NCBI GenBank assembly: GCA_018694295.1 | Contig: JABHNK010000021.1 | Location: 19,292 to 83,291 of the forward strand | Source: Waddliaceae bacterium | GTDB lineage: Bacteria; Chlamydiota; Chlamydiia; Chlamydiales; JABHNK01 | Length of the DNA stretch: 64,000 bases | Direction of reading: 5' to 3' | Shown here: piece by piece, positions 43,865 through 54,146 of the stretch | Layout of the letters: each line of letters starts with the position of its first letter | Position numbering within the stretch: position 1 is the first letter of the stretch | Made by a program: the position numbers and the translations under genes | The notes under the pieces: model-generated | What the model saw: the letters and a program-made list of their open reading frames with translations, nothing else | Told to the model about the DNA's origin: nothing | Databases searched by the model: none

Positions 43865-45145
43865 TTATGATGTTAAAATGTCAGCAAGAGCATCGAGAGC
43901 GGCGTCGCGGACGTCGCCAGAAGACATCTCTTTGACCTTCACAGTGCCGGAAGCAAGCTCGTCGGCGCCGACGACGACAGAATACTTGGCGCCAATGCTG
44001 TCGGCATATCCCATGACTTTCTTGAGCTTCTTCCCAGAGAAATCCATCTCTGCAGCGATGCCTTTGTCCCTAAGATTCTGTAGCACCAGAAAACAGCGGC
44101 TTCGTGCTTCGTCGCCAAGAGGTATTATATATAGTGTAGGGTGTGGCTTTTCAGGGAATTTGGCCCCCTGGGAAAGCATCGTCATGATGACACGCTCGAT
44201 GCCAATGCCGAAGCCTATAGCAGGGAGATCAGGGCCGCCGAGAGTCTTGATAAGACTGTCATATCTACCGCCACCGCCGATGCTGTTCTGCGCGCCGAGA
44301 TCGTCGGCAGTAGCTTCGAAGACAGTATTACTATAATAGTCAAGACCCCTGACGAGACTAGGCGTGATATCATAAGGAATAGAAAGATCATCAAGTAAAG
44401 AACACACCTGAGAAAAATGGTCGCGGCATTCGTCGTTGAGACTATCGAGAATAGAAGGAACTTCACGAATAAATTGCTGGTCTTCGGGAGCTTTGGAGTC
44501 CAAAATACGTAGAGGGTTCTTCTCGAAGCGCTCTTTGCTATCGGCAGAAAGCTCAGGAAGATGAGGACGTAAGACGTCTTGTAAAACATCACGGAAACGA
44601 TTGCGGCTTTCGGCGTCGCCGACGGAATTAATCTTTATAGAAAATTTCTCGATGCCAAGGCGTTTGTAGAAATTGTACATCATAGCAATGACCTCAGCAT
44701 CATGCTCAGGAGCGCCACCACCAATAGCCTCTACACCAAACTGATGGTGCTGGCGATACCGTCCCGCCTGCTGCCTCTCATAGCGGAACATCGGAGCAAT
44801 ATAGAATAGCTTGTTTAAAGGAGAACTGTGGTGCATGCTCTTCTCCAAAAAAGAACGTAACACAGAAGCAGTACCTTCAGGACGTAACGTCATAGAACGT
44901 CCACCCTTATCATCAAAGGTATACATCTCCTTGGTGACGATGTCCGACGTCTCGCCAACACCCCTTTTGAAAAGTTCCGTGCGCTCGAATAGCGGTGTCC
45001 TGATCTCACGGAAACCATATTCATAAGAAATACGACGTATCACACCCTCAACATAAGCCCATAAGTCCGACGCCTGCCAAGATAACTCTTCTTTGACGGG
45101 ATTAGGAACAATATCAAAGACACCCTTAGGAATAGAAATATTCAT
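43865..45145 (-). CDS. hisS: histidyl-tRNA synthetase
   Basis: 426 aa. Motifs 1-3 (MFRYERQQAGRYRQHHQFGVE; GGGRYD; GFGIGIERV). Confidence 0.9.
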   Translation of the reverse strand: MNISIPKGVFDIVPNPVKEELSWQASDLWAYVEGVIRRISYEYGFREIRTPLFERTELFKRGVGETSDIVTKEMYTFDDKGGRSMTLRPEGTASVLRSFLEKSMHHSSPLNKLFYIAPMFRYERQQAGRYRQHHQFGVEAIGGGAPEHDAEVIAMMYNFYKRLGIEKFSIKINSVGDAESRNRFRDVLQDVLRPHLPELSADSKERFEKNPLRILDSKAPEDQQFIREVPSILDSLNDECRDHFSQVCSLLDDLSIPYDITPSLVRGLDYYSNTVFEATADDLGAQNSIGGGGRYDSLIKTLGGPDLPAIGFGIGIERVIMTMLSQGAKFPEKPHPTLYIIPLGDEARSRCFLVLQNLRDKGIAAEMDFSGKKLKKVMGYADSIGAKYSVVVGADELASGTVKVKEMSSGDVRDAALDALADILTS

Positions 45146-45202
45146 AGCAAAACCTTATACACCTTTATAGATGCCACGATTATACCCACCACAAACAAAA
45201 TC

Positions 45203-45489
45203 GTCAAGTTAAGGGTGCTCCGCGCACCCTTAACAATCCCGCGACAAAGCAAAGCGCTAAGGCGAAACGCCCTCGCGCCGTGCTTTGCCTTCGATGTCAA
45301 CACCATCGTTTCAACCCGCAATTACTACCAAATCCATGGCCAACCATCTACAGCTGAAGGCAACCTTTTATACGTTTCTCCTCGGCCATGTCTCAAGACA
45401 TGCCCTTGTCAAAATGTATAAAATTTTACCTCCATCTGTAGCGGTTGACCACAGATTTGGTAATAATCGCGGGTTCGATGGCGATGAGG
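45203..45489 (-). repeat. Family-C multi-hairpin repeat, copy C2 (inverted relative to C1/C3, lacks the CCAGAGG hairpin module, interrupted by nested element D)
   Basis: GTCAAG-TTAAGGGTGC-TCCGC-GCACCCTTAA-CAATCCCGCG-ACAAAGCAAAGCG... is the reverse complement of the C1/C3 right half. The CACCATCG...CGATGGCG hairpin is split by 163 bp. Confidence 0.7.
45313..45475. repeat. 163-bp inverted-repeat element D nested in the loop of a family-C hairpin
   Basis: ~45-bp imperfect TIRs AACCCGCAATTACTACCAAATCCATGGCCAACCATCTACAG / CTGTAGCGGTTGACCACAGATTTGGTAATAATCGCGGGTT. Internal perfect hairpin CATGTCT-CAA-GACATG. Confidence 0.75.
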
Positions 45490-45558
45490 AATTTATACCT
45501 GTGATTGCCAGTTAAGATTATAACCTGTTGTTGTAGAAGAATCAGGAGATGGATCGAT

Positions 45559-46251
45559 TCACAATTCCTTCATTAACAGCCCTAAGTCGTCAAGGTTTTT
45601 ATACTCAAGTAATAAACTTTCAAATGCCTCTTCGACTAAACTTTCAAATGTCTTTTTGGCCTCACATTTTTTAAATAATTTGTTTTTTGTAAGCGTTTTT
45701 TTTATTGTTTCTGCTCTTTTTGCTACAAAAACTTTGTCAAAACTAAGTTGATAGCTCTCAAGAGTAGGAGAATCTTCTTTAATAAAACACACAAGGCCTT
45801 TATTAGGGTTATAAATAGTTTGTGCTAAGATAGGTAAAGTAGTGATTTCTTGTCCAGAGTCATACAAGATTTTCAGAGCGCTCTTAACAGTTTTTATGCC
45901 TGTTTTAGTCACTTTCGCCGTAGCTTCTATAAAACAATCAGTAGGATATGTATATCTTTCAGAATATTTATATCCTTTATAACATGTACCGTCATAATAA
46001 TGAGAAGTTTTTTCATTATCAGCAGTAAGAAACATTTTTTTTCTATGTTCATAGACAAGGTCAAAAGCCTCTTGACCTAACGAATCTACTTGTGCTTCCT
46101 GTCTGGCACGCGTTCCATCTTCTCGTTGTGGTGGTGGTGCTAATTCTGATTGTTCTTTGCTTGGTGTTTGTGTCCTTACTAATATTTCTGGTCCTACTAT
46201 TTCTAACTCCATATCCCATAAACCTCTTTCGATTTTATATAAATAAAGCAA
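45559..46251 (-). CDS. AT-rich hypothetical protein flanked by inverted family-C repeats
   Basis: 230 aa from TTG 46251 (or 217 aa from ATG 46212, MELEIVGPE...). No recognisable domain. Confidence 0.45.
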   Translation of the reverse strand: MLYLYKIERGLWDMELEIVGPEILVRTQTPSKEQSELAPPPQREDGTRARQEAQVDSLGQEAFDLVYEHRKKMFLTADNEKTSHYYDGTCYKGYKYSERYTYPTDCFIEATAKVTKTGIKTVKSALKILYDSGQEITTLPILAQTIYNPNKGLVCFIKEDSPTLESYQLSFDKVFVAKRAETIKKTLTKNKLFKKCEAKKTFESLVEEAFESLLLEYKNLDDLGLLMKEL

Positions 46252-46328
46252 AAGTTTAGCGCTTAACAGAATATAAAAAAAAGGATTTCTTGTTGGGCTG
46301 GGTTTAAAAAAAGCTGTAAGGTCAAATT

Positions 46329-46479
46329 TTCATCGCCATCGTTTCGATGGTGATGACGGCGGCGACAAAGCAAAATGTAAAGGCGAAACGCCTTTACATT
46401 TTGCTTTGTCGCTTACATGGGGAGTCCAGAGGAGAATTTCTCCTCTGGCGCGGTTTGTCAAGGGTGCGGAACCCTTGAC
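46329..46479 (+). repeat. Family-C modular multi-hairpin repeat, copy C3
   Basis: CATCGCCATCG-TTTC-GATGGTGATG; ACAAAGCAAAATGTAAAGGCG-AAA-CGCCTTTACATTTTGCTTTGT; CCAGAGGAGAA-TT-TCTCCTCTGG; GTCAAGGGT-GCGGA-ACCCTTGAC. The last hairpin encodes the final 7 codons and stop of ORF 46458-48374. Confidence 0.8.
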
Positions 46480-48374
46480 ATTGTAGTAGTGGAGTCTGAG
46501 ATTAGGCTATTGAGATCGTTGTAGAGGCTATTGCTGACGTAGTCGTGTAGGCTCATGGATTCTACGACGGTTTTGAAGACGGGGAAGTTTTCGTATGGGG
46601 ATTTTTTTACGTATGACGCGAAGAATTTCTCTAGTGCTCCTTCGATGATATTGTGGTGTGTCAGTGCTTCTTCTTTGTAGCGTTGTTCTATTAGGGAGTA
46701 TTGCTCGTCGAAGTCTTCGAAGGGTTTTCTGTTGTATGAGGCCAGGAGTGCGACGATATCTTCGGAGATGATGTTTAGTGAAGCGTGGCGTGTTTTAACT
46801 AGTTGTGCTAGGGCTTCGTGCATCATGGTACGATATATTATGGCGTTCTCATCTTCGAGGCCTTCGCCTTCGAAGACGTTGAGGGCGGTGGTTTCGCCAT
46901 CGTAAGAGGGGATGCTAGGCATGGCGATGTCTATGGTGTCGTCGTCGATGAAGAGCATAGCGCCGCTGGAGATAGGGGCTTCTACTAAAGCGCTACGTGT
47001 TATCTTTTTGGAGGTGCTGTCGAAGGTGAGGTGTCCCATGATGAAACCTTTCAGCGCAGGATGGCCTGCGAGCTTTAGGTATGTTTCGTAGCCTTTCTTC
47101 GTCGTTATCGGCATATACAACACGGTATCGTTGCGGGAAGCGAGGTTTTTGCTGATGAAAGACGCTGCTTCGTTGTCATAGACGGTGGAGTCTGAAGGGA
47201 AGATATTACTAGTAACTTCTTTTAGTACGGCGGTGCTGAAGGGGAAGAAACGTGGTGCGTTGTATACGACATTCTTTGCGCCAGGATGCTCTATGGCGAG
47301 AGACTCTGGAGGGGCGAAGCCCATGCCATTGCCGTCGTCGAGAGAAGATAGTGTTATTACGGGTTCTTTTTTTGCGAGAGCGGCGATGTCTGAAGCAAGA
47401 GATGCGTTTATGAAGAGGGTGTTGTTAAAAAGGTCTTCCCAGGCCTTTACGTTAGAAACTTTGTGCAATATCATCGTCGTGCTGTCGAGGAGGTACGAGG
47501 CCTTTGGGAAAATACTCTGCATCGGCGATGGCGATGGCGTAGCAAGAAGGGCATAGTGCGATAGGTTACTGTTGGTGATGATGTTGACTTTGTACTTAGA
47601 CGATCCTAATATTCCACGGCTGCTTATGGGGAACGCAGTCCTGTAGCCGTCGGGAAGGACGGCATCGTAGTGAGCTTTTAATAGCAATGGCGATGTGTAG
47701 TCGTTGGCAGCACCGGGATCATCGCTGCGGGTAAGCTGCGCATGGGCGAGAGCCATGGAGATATCAACGAGGTCGCGTGCGGCGCTATGTTCTGCGGCGG
47801 CGGTGTTGCGCGACATAACATCATACCCGTGCCATAACGCAAAAGCAGCGGACAGTGCCACGACAAAAACTGCGGCATGACGCCACAGCGTAAAAACTTT
47901 TCTGAGAGGTTTCAAAAAATTAAAGCTGCGACGAGGACGCCGAGCAGGAAAGTTTTCTCCGGGCTTCTCGTAGTATGGCTCTTCGTATGTAGGAGAGGGT
48001 TTTGCTGCGGCAACGGTGGCATTATTCGACGGTGACGAAGCGGTGTCGATGCCATAGCGACTGTCGATCTCTGCAAAAAAAGATTCCTCCGAAGGAGAAA
48101 CGAAATCAGAACGACGCTTTTTTGGTTTTAAAGGCGACAAGACGACCTCATCGAGGAGGGTGTCGATGTCGACTCTTTTATCGGAGCGAGGCTTCTCGTA
48201 AGAGAAGTCTTCATCGAAAGAATATTTGGCTGAAGGTGTTATGGTCTCGGAGACCACGTCTTCAAGGATTTCTTCGAACGCCGCATCAGAAGAGGCAGGA
48301 TTAGTAGCGCCTTGCAAAAGGTCGCCGAAAATATCGTCAAAGTCGTCGTTCGATGTGAAGTTGTCGTTGTCCAT
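46458..48374 (-). CDS. hypothetical membrane-anchored protein (acidic N-terminus, one TM, large C-terminal domain)
   Basis: 638 aa: acidic start MDNDNFTSNDDFDDIFGDLL, TM AAVFVVALSAAFALW at ~aa 170, and no recognisable catalytic motif. Confidence 0.5.
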   Translation of the reverse strand: MDNDNFTSNDDFDDIFGDLLQGATNPASSDAAFEEILEDVVSETITPSAKYSFDEDFSYEKPRSDKRVDIDTLLDEVVLSPLKPKKRRSDFVSPSEESFFAEIDSRYGIDTASSPSNNATVAAAKPSPTYEEPYYEKPGENFPARRPRRSFNFLKPLRKVFTLWRHAAVFVVALSAAFALWHGYDVMSRNTAAAEHSAARDLVDISMALAHAQLTRSDDPGAANDYTSPLLLKAHYDAVLPDGYRTAFPISSRGILGSSKYKVNIITNSNLSHYALLATPSPSPMQSIFPKASYLLDSTTMILHKVSNVKAWEDLFNNTLFINASLASDIAALAKKEPVITLSSLDDGNGMGFAPPESLAIEHPGAKNVVYNAPRFFPFSTAVLKEVTSNIFPSDSTVYDNEAASFISKNLASRNDTVLYMPITTKKGYETYLKLAGHPALKGFIMGHLTFDSTSKKITRSALVEAPISSGAMLFIDDDTIDIAMPSIPSYDGETTALNVFEGEGLEDENAIIYRTMMHEALAQLVKTRHASLNIISEDIVALLASYNRKPFEDFDEQYSLIEQRYKEEALTHHNIIEGALEKFFASYVKKSPYENFPVFKTVVESMSLHDYVSNSLYNDLNSLISDSTTTMSRVPHP

Positions 48375-48523
48375 ATTAGCATTTCCCTTCTATATATTAG
48401 ATAAAGGAAGTTTTATCATAAGGAGGATAAGGCGTCAATGATGGTTTGACATTAATCGTAAGATTCGTCATCGTAGGACAAATTGTTTTGTTTTTTGTAG
48501 ATATTAACAAAAGAGGAAAATCC

Positions 48524-49894
48524 ATGAGAAAGTTGATAAATATCTTTAAGCCCGCACCGTTCATCGAGACTATGGCAGACGAAGAGCAGGTGAAGAAAAG
48601 CTATAAATATTGGCGTATACGAACCTTCTACGCGATGTATATAGGGTATGTGTTTTATTACTTCACAAGGAAAAGCTTCATATTCGCCATGCCGGCACTA
48701 ATCGCCGACCTTGGCTTTAGCATCACAGACCTAGGAATACTGGCGAGTATCCTCTCTATAACCTATGGCGTCAGCAAGTTCGCCAGCGGCATCCTCGGTG
48801 ACAGGTCAAACCCTCGATATATTATGAGCTTCGGACTAATAATAACGGGTTTTATAAATATCTTCTTCGGGATGTCTTCGTCGATATATGCTTTCGCAAT
48901 ATTCTGGGGGCTGAACGGATGGTTCCAAGGGTTCGGATGGCCGCCGGCATGTAGACTGCTAACACACTGGTATTCACAAAAAGAAAGAGGGACGTGGTGG
49001 TCGCTGTGGAGTACTTCGCATAATGTCGGGGGAGCGATAATCCCGCTATTAGTAGCATTTTGTGTGCTTCATTACGGATGGCGGTATGCTATGTATGTCC
49101 CAGGAGTCCTTTGTATCGTGGTAGGGCTCTTCATAATGAACAGACTCCGTGACACCCCGCAATCACTAGGGCTTCCTTCGATAGAGAACTTCAAGGACGA
49201 CCATGTCAAAGGCGAAGCGCGCGACAAAAAAGAAAGAGAGTTCACCGTCAAGGAGATCCTCTTCAAATACATCCTAAAAAATAAGATAATATGGATGCTA
49301 GGTATTTCGTATTTCTTCGTATATATAGTACGGCAGGGAGTTAACGACTGGAGTGCTATGTTCCTCATCGACACTAAAGGATACAAAGAGGTCTCTGCTA
49401 ACCTTACTATTACCGCTTTCGAGATAGGAGGATTCTTCGGGATGCTCGTAGCAGGATTTGCGTCGGATTATATCTTCAAAGGACGTAGAGTCCCTGTAAT
49501 GGTGCTATATATGGTGGCGATACTAATACCATTCCTCGGGTTGATTATGATAAAAACAACGGCAGTAACTCTCGATATAATATTGCTGGGAGCTATAGGA
49601 TTCTTCATCTTCGGACCGCAGATGCTTATAGGATGTACAGCGGCAGACTTCTCACACAAAAAAGCCGCAGCGACAGCGACGGGTTTCGTAGGATGCTTCG
49701 CTTATATCGGCGCAGCAGTGGCAGGATACCCTTTGACATATATCATTAAACTGTGGGGATGGGATGGCTTTTTATACGCTATGGCAGGGTGTAGCATAAT
49801 AACAATAGCACTAATGGTACCACTTATAAATATAAGCATCAGAGATGATAGCGATGCCAAAGAAGAAAGAAAAGAAGCTAAAGAATACGCATAG
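48524..49894 (+). CDS. uhpC: hexose-phosphate transporter UhpC (MFS organophosphate:Pi antiporter family)
   Basis: I prefer ATG 48524, preceded by AGAGGA, over the track TTG 48446. 12-TM MFS with the KYWRIRTFYAMYIGYVFYYFTRKSF N-terminus typical of UhpC/GlpT. The hisS...uhpC-dnaE order is as in Chlamydia. Confidence 0.85.
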   Translation: MRKLINIFKPAPFIETMADEEQVKKSYKYWRIRTFYAMYIGYVFYYFTRKSFIFAMPALIADLGFSITDLGILASILSITYGVSKFASGILGDRSNPRYIMSFGLIITGFINIFFGMSSSIYAFAIFWGLNGWFQGFGWPPACRLLTHWYSQKERGTWWSLWSTSHNVGGAIIPLLVAFCVLHYGWRYAMYVPGVLCIVVGLFIMNRLRDTPQSLGLPSIENFKDDHVKGEARDKKEREFTVKEILFKYILKNKIIWMLGISYFFVYIVRQGVNDWSAMFLIDTKGYKEVSANLTITAFEIGGFFGMLVAGFASDYIFKGRRVPVMVLYMVAILIPFLGLIMIKTTAVTLDIILLGAIGFFIFGPQMLIGCTAADFSHKKAAATATGFVGCFAYIGAAVAGYPLTYIIKLWGWDGFLYAMAGCSIITIALMVPLINISIRDDSDAKEERKEAKEYA

Positions 49895-49900
49895 TTAGGA

Positions 49901-50280
49901 GTATAACCCATGATTGCGACCTATACTTCGCCATAGGGTTTTTGCAGTAGTATAGGTGCGAAGATGAAAGACGAGCGAATGTTAAAACATTCGCGAGAAT
50001 AGAATCAAAGCAAATGTGCTGCTGCAAAAAGATATATGGTGAAGCCAAATAATAGCAAATGGGCAAAGAAAAACAATAAGAAATAGTAATGGCTTAAGAT
50101 ATTTATCTTAACACGTTTATATTTTTGTCAGAGCTTTTTAAAAATGAAAAAAAGGTCTTGTTTCCTATAGCATCCATAGTATCAGGCAACCTGACTCATT
50201 TTGCTCCTCGCGAATAGTTACAACTATTTGCTTGTCGCTCACTGAGCCATCTTGCCCAAATTCTATGGTGTTAAAGGAAA
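49901..50280 (-). repeat. Family-B composite repeat, copy B2 (inverted copy of 2341-2682)
   Basis: The reverse complement aligns by eye with B1 over both conserved blocks; the AT-rich centre differs. Fills the uhpC-dnaE spacer. Confidence 0.8.
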
Positions 50281-50304
50281 TATAGGTCGCAATTATGGGT
50301 AAAG

Positions 50305-53300
50305 ATGTCCTGGGTACCACTACACGTTCACTCGCAATATTCTATCCTCGACGCTACAGCATCGGTTAAGAGGATAGCAGAAAAAGCCGCAGCATTAGAG
50401 ATGCCTGCAGTGGCAATAACCGACCATGGAAATATGTTCGGCGCAGTAGATTTCTTCAAAGCATGCTCTTCTAAAGGCGTTAAACCAATAATAGGCTGTG
50501 AAGTTTATGTTGCTACAACATCGCGCCATGAGAAACAGCGCATCGCCGGAAAGAAAAACGCCTATCACCTCGTCCTTCTTGCAAAAAACCAGGAAGGATA
50601 CCATAACATATGCAAACTTTCGTCGATAGGACACCTCGAAGGATTCTACTACGTCCCTCGCGTCGACAAAGAAGCCCTAGAACAGTATAGCGAAGGAGTG
50701 ATATGCCTGTCTGGATGTCTTAGCGGCAGAGTAACAGCCCTTGCTGCCGACGAGGCCGTCACCGACGATGTTCTTTACGAAGAAATACAGTGGTATCAGA
50801 AACTTTATGGCGAAGACTATTACCTAGAACTACACCGACATCGTATGTCCCACGACGCCATCGTCGCCGACGGCGTTGACATGGAAACATGGCTTTACCA
50901 CGACTACAAGAGCTTCATAGAAAAACAAGAAAGAGCCGACGCACGAATTATACAGGCATCGAAAGACCTAGGAATTCGCTGCGTCGCCACAAACGATAGC
51001 CACTACATCGAAAGAGAAGAATGGCGGGCACATGAGATATTCCTTAATATACAGTCAGGAGAGCCTTGCGAGATATGGGAACGCGATGCCGCAGGAAACG
51101 CTACAACAAAAGTTCCTAACCCCAGAAGAAGGGCATACTCCTCACACGAATGTTACTTCAAAAGCGCAGAACAGATGGCAGAACTCTTCGCAGATGTCCC
51201 CGACGCAATAACAGCGACGGCAGACATCGCAGCGATGTGTAACGTCGAGATCGACTTCGAAACAAAACACTACCCCATGTATTATCCGCCAGATTATGGC
51301 GATAAAAAGCTGACAAAGGAAAAACATAACGACGTCGTAGCAGAATACCTTGTAAAACTATGCTCGGAGAGCATAGAAAAACGCTACAACACAGAAAGCC
51401 TAGAAGAAGTACAGAAGAAATATCCCGATAAAGCCCCGCTCGACGTAATAAAAGAACGCCTAAAATATGAGATGAGCGTCATAGCACCAAAAGGGCTGTG
51501 CGACTACCTACTTATAGTATACGACTTCATAAAATGGTCTAAAGATAACAACATCCCTGTAGGACCAGGACGTGGATCAGGGGCCGGCTCGATAATATGC
51601 TACCTCATCGGTATAACAGACATCGAGCCACTAAGATTCAACCTCCTCTTCGAACGTTTTATCAACCCAGAACGTATGTCATACCCCGATATCGATGTAG
51701 ATATCTGTATGGAACGCCGCGGTGAAGTAATCGACTATATGGTAAAGAAATATGGTCAAGGAAATATAGCACAGATAATAACCTTCGGGACGATGAAGGC
51801 GAAGATGGCGATAAAAGACGTAGGAAGAGTCTTGAGTATGCCTCTAGCAAAAGTCAACGCCCTGACGAAACTTATCCCCGATGAGCTAAATATCACCATC
51901 GAAAGATCACTGGAAATCGACCCTGATCTGCTAAGGGAATATAATGAAGACCCAGAAGCACACCAGGTTATCGATATCGGAAGGAAGCTAGAAGGCTCTA
52001 TACGTAACACTGGCGTCCACGCTGCAGGAGTAATAGTTTCGGCAGAACCCATAATCGAAAAGATTCCAATATGCCGCGCCAAAGACTCCGAGATGTCACT
52101 GACACAATACGCTATGAAGCCTGTAGAAGCTGTGGGGATGCTTAAAGTCGACTTCCTAGGGCTTAAAACACTGACGGCAATACAGAAAGCCGTTGCTTCT
52201 ATACGAGAACGTACCGGCGAAGATATCGATAGCGCAAAACTCCCTCTCGACGATGCCGAAACCTTCGAAATGCTTAACAAAGGCGATACCCTAGGAGTCT
52301 TCCAACTGGAATCCGGTGGCATGCGCGACCTCGCACGAAATCTGCACCTCGATAAGTTCGAAGAGATAATCGCTATGGTGTCATTGTACCGCCCAGGGCC
52401 GATGGATATGATACCGTCGTATGTCAACAGAAAACACGGACGCGAAGAGATAGAATACGACCACCCGTGGCTTGAAGATATCCTAAAAGAAACATACGGT
52501 ATCATGGTATACCAGGAACAGGTTATGCAGATAGCAGGCTCCCTGGCAAATTTTTCCCTAGGAGAAGGTGACGTGCTACGGCGCGCTATGGGAAAAAAAG
52601 ATATGAAACAGATGTCAGAGATGCGGAAGAAATTCCAGGAAGGAGCAGCAGAGAACGATATCGATGAGAAAACAGCGGCACTTATCTTCGATAAGATGGA
52701 GAAGTTCGCTGAATATGGCTTCAATAAATCCCACGCAGCAGCATACGCCTATATAGCATACACCACAGCATACCTGAAAGCTCACTACCCAACAGAATGG
52801 ATGGCAGCATTGATGAGCTGCGACAGCGACGACGTAGAAAAAGTCGCTAAGTTCATAAACGAAGCACATAAAATGGGAATACCAACGCTTCCGCCAGATG
52901 TTAACGACGCAGGGAAAGAATTCGCCCCCACCGACAAAGGTATACGCTTCGCAATGACAGCAATACGTGGCATAGGAGAAGGCGCCGTCGAAGCTATAGT
53001 AACAGAAAGAACGAAGAACGGAAAATACACCACACTATACGACTTCGTAAAACGTATCGACACAAAAAAAGTAGGGAAAAAAGCCGCAGAAAACCTCGCC
53101 GACGCAGGATGTTTCGACTTCACAACATGGACGCGTGACGCTATGCGACAAAGCGTAGAAAAAATGTATGCCTCTGCTGCAAAAGAACGCGAAGATGAAA
53201 CTCACGGCGTAATATCACTGTTCACCCTCATAGAAGAAGATCAAGAAGATCTATTCTCCTCGCCGCCAGACGTCGTAGCGCCAAGTACAGAAAATGAGAC

Positions 53301-54081
53301 GTTTATGAGAGAAAAAGATCTGCTGGGATTCTTCCTAACAGGACACCCCATGGACTCCTACGAAGATACCATGGAAAAACTCTCGTGTGTGCCACTGAAG
53401 ACATCGAAAGATATCGATATCGGCGGTACCTTCAGAACAGCGTTTATAATAGAAGATAGTAACGTAAAGATCTCTTCGAAAAGCCTTCGTAAGTTCGCCA
53501 TCCTGACAATAAGCGACGGAGAAGAACGCTACGAACTGCCAATATGGCCAGAAATGTACGAAGAAAAAACACACCTGTTCGATACAAATAAACTGATATA
53601 CGCCGTCGTCAACGTACAAGAACGTGAAGGCAATAGACAACTACAATGTCGCTGGTGTGACGACCTTACAGACGTCAACGAGACGATGATACGCTCATGC
53701 GATAATGCCTACGACAAAGCAAAATTCTCAGAGAAAATAACACGACGTAACGATAACAACAAAAGCAGTAAAGACAGTGGCACAAAACGACAGCAACCGA
53801 AAAAACCGCCGAAAGCCCCGCAACAACAACAGCAACAACAAATAAACACTCCCTCTCTAACAATCAACGTCGATGCCAACAACGCCGACCTCACAACAAT
53901 ACTCGTAATAAAAGATGTCCTACTGAAACATTCCGGCGATATCCCAGTAACCCTCGACATATGTGACGACAACACAACAACACAGATAGCAGTAGGAAAA
54001 AAATATCACGTCAACGACAAAAAACGAGTACACGATATCGTGAAAAATGTTACAGGCGTCATCGACACCGTGAAAGTTTGA
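50305..54081 (+). CDS. dnaE: DNA polymerase III alpha subunit
   Basis: 1258 aa. PHP domain start MSWVPLHVHSQYSILDA, polymerase core (GPGRGSGAGS, LKVDFLGLKTL) and OB fold. The C-terminal tail contains a Q7 tract. Confidence 0.9.
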   Translation: MSWVPLHVHSQYSILDATASVKRIAEKAAALEMPAVAITDHGNMFGAVDFFKACSSKGVKPIIGCEVYVATTSRHEKQRIAGKKNAYHLVLLAKNQEGYHNICKLSSIGHLEGFYYVPRVDKEALEQYSEGVICLSGCLSGRVTALAADEAVTDDVLYEEIQWYQKLYGEDYYLELHRHRMSHDAIVADGVDMETWLYHDYKSFIEKQERADARIIQASKDLGIRCVATNDSHYIEREEWRAHEIFLNIQSGEPCEIWERDAAGNATTKVPNPRRRAYSSHECYFKSAEQMAELFADVPDAITATADIAAMCNVEIDFETKHYPMYYPPDYGDKKLTKEKHNDVVAEYLVKLCSESIEKRYNTESLEEVQKKYPDKAPLDVIKERLKYEMSVIAPKGLCDYLLIVYDFIKWSKDNNIPVGPGRGSGAGSIICYLIGITDIEPLRFNLLFERFINPERMSYPDIDVDICMERRGEVIDYMVKKYGQGNIAQIITFGTMKAKMAIKDVGRVLSMPLAKVNALTKLIPDELNITIERSLEIDPDLLREYNEDPEAHQVIDIGRKLEGSIRNTGVHAAGVIVSAEPIIEKIPICRAKDSEMSLTQYAMKPVEAVGMLKVDFLGLKTLTAIQKAVASIRERTGEDIDSAKLPLDDAETFEMLNKGDTLGVFQLESGGMRDLARNLHLDKFEEIIAMVSLYRPGPMDMIPSYVNRKHGREEIEYDHPWLEDILKETYGIMVYQEQVMQIAGSLANFSLGEGDVLRRAMGKKDMKQMSEMRKKFQEGAAENDIDEKTAALIFDKMEKFAEYGFNKSHAAAYAYIAYTTAYLKAHYPTEWMAALMSCDSDDVEKVAKFINEAHKMGIPTLPPDVNDAGKEFAPTDKGIRFAMTAIRGIGEGAVEAIVTERTKNGKYTTLYDFVKRIDTKKVGKKAAENLADAGCFDFTTWTRDAMRQSVEKMYASAAKEREDETHGVISLFTLIEEDQEDLFSSPPDVVAPSTENETFMREKDLLGFFLTGHPMDSYEDTMEKLSCVPLKTSKDIDIGGTFRTAFIIEDSNVKISSKSLRKFAILTISDGEERYELPIWPEMYEEKTHLFDTNKLIYAVVNVQEREGNRQLQCRWCDDLTDVNETMIRSCDNAYDKAKFSEKITRRNDNNKSSKDSGTKRQQPKKPPKAPQQQQQQQINTPSLTINVDANNADLTTILVIKDVLLKHSGDIPVTLDICDDNTTTQIAVGKKYHVNDKKRVHDIVKNVTGVIDTVKV

Positions 54082-54146
54082 CCTTGAACGTTTCACGCGA
54101 AGATATTACAATCGTTACCGTATATTAATTAAGCAGTGATACCACA

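Noticed and set aside
45465-45490. GCGGGTTCGATGG resembling a tRNA T-arm
   Set aside because: No acceptor stem, D-arm or anticodon arm can be built around it. It is the junction between nested element D and the family-C hairpin.
51756-52724. 322-aa ORF antisense to dnaE
   Set aside because: Same reasoning: fully inside dnaE on the other strand, with a Ser-rich low-complexity translation.
53821-53841. CAA/CAG run encoding Q7 in the DnaE C-terminal tail
   Set aside because: A short low-complexity linker within a basic, disordered-looking tail, with no evidence of function or instability from the sequence alone.
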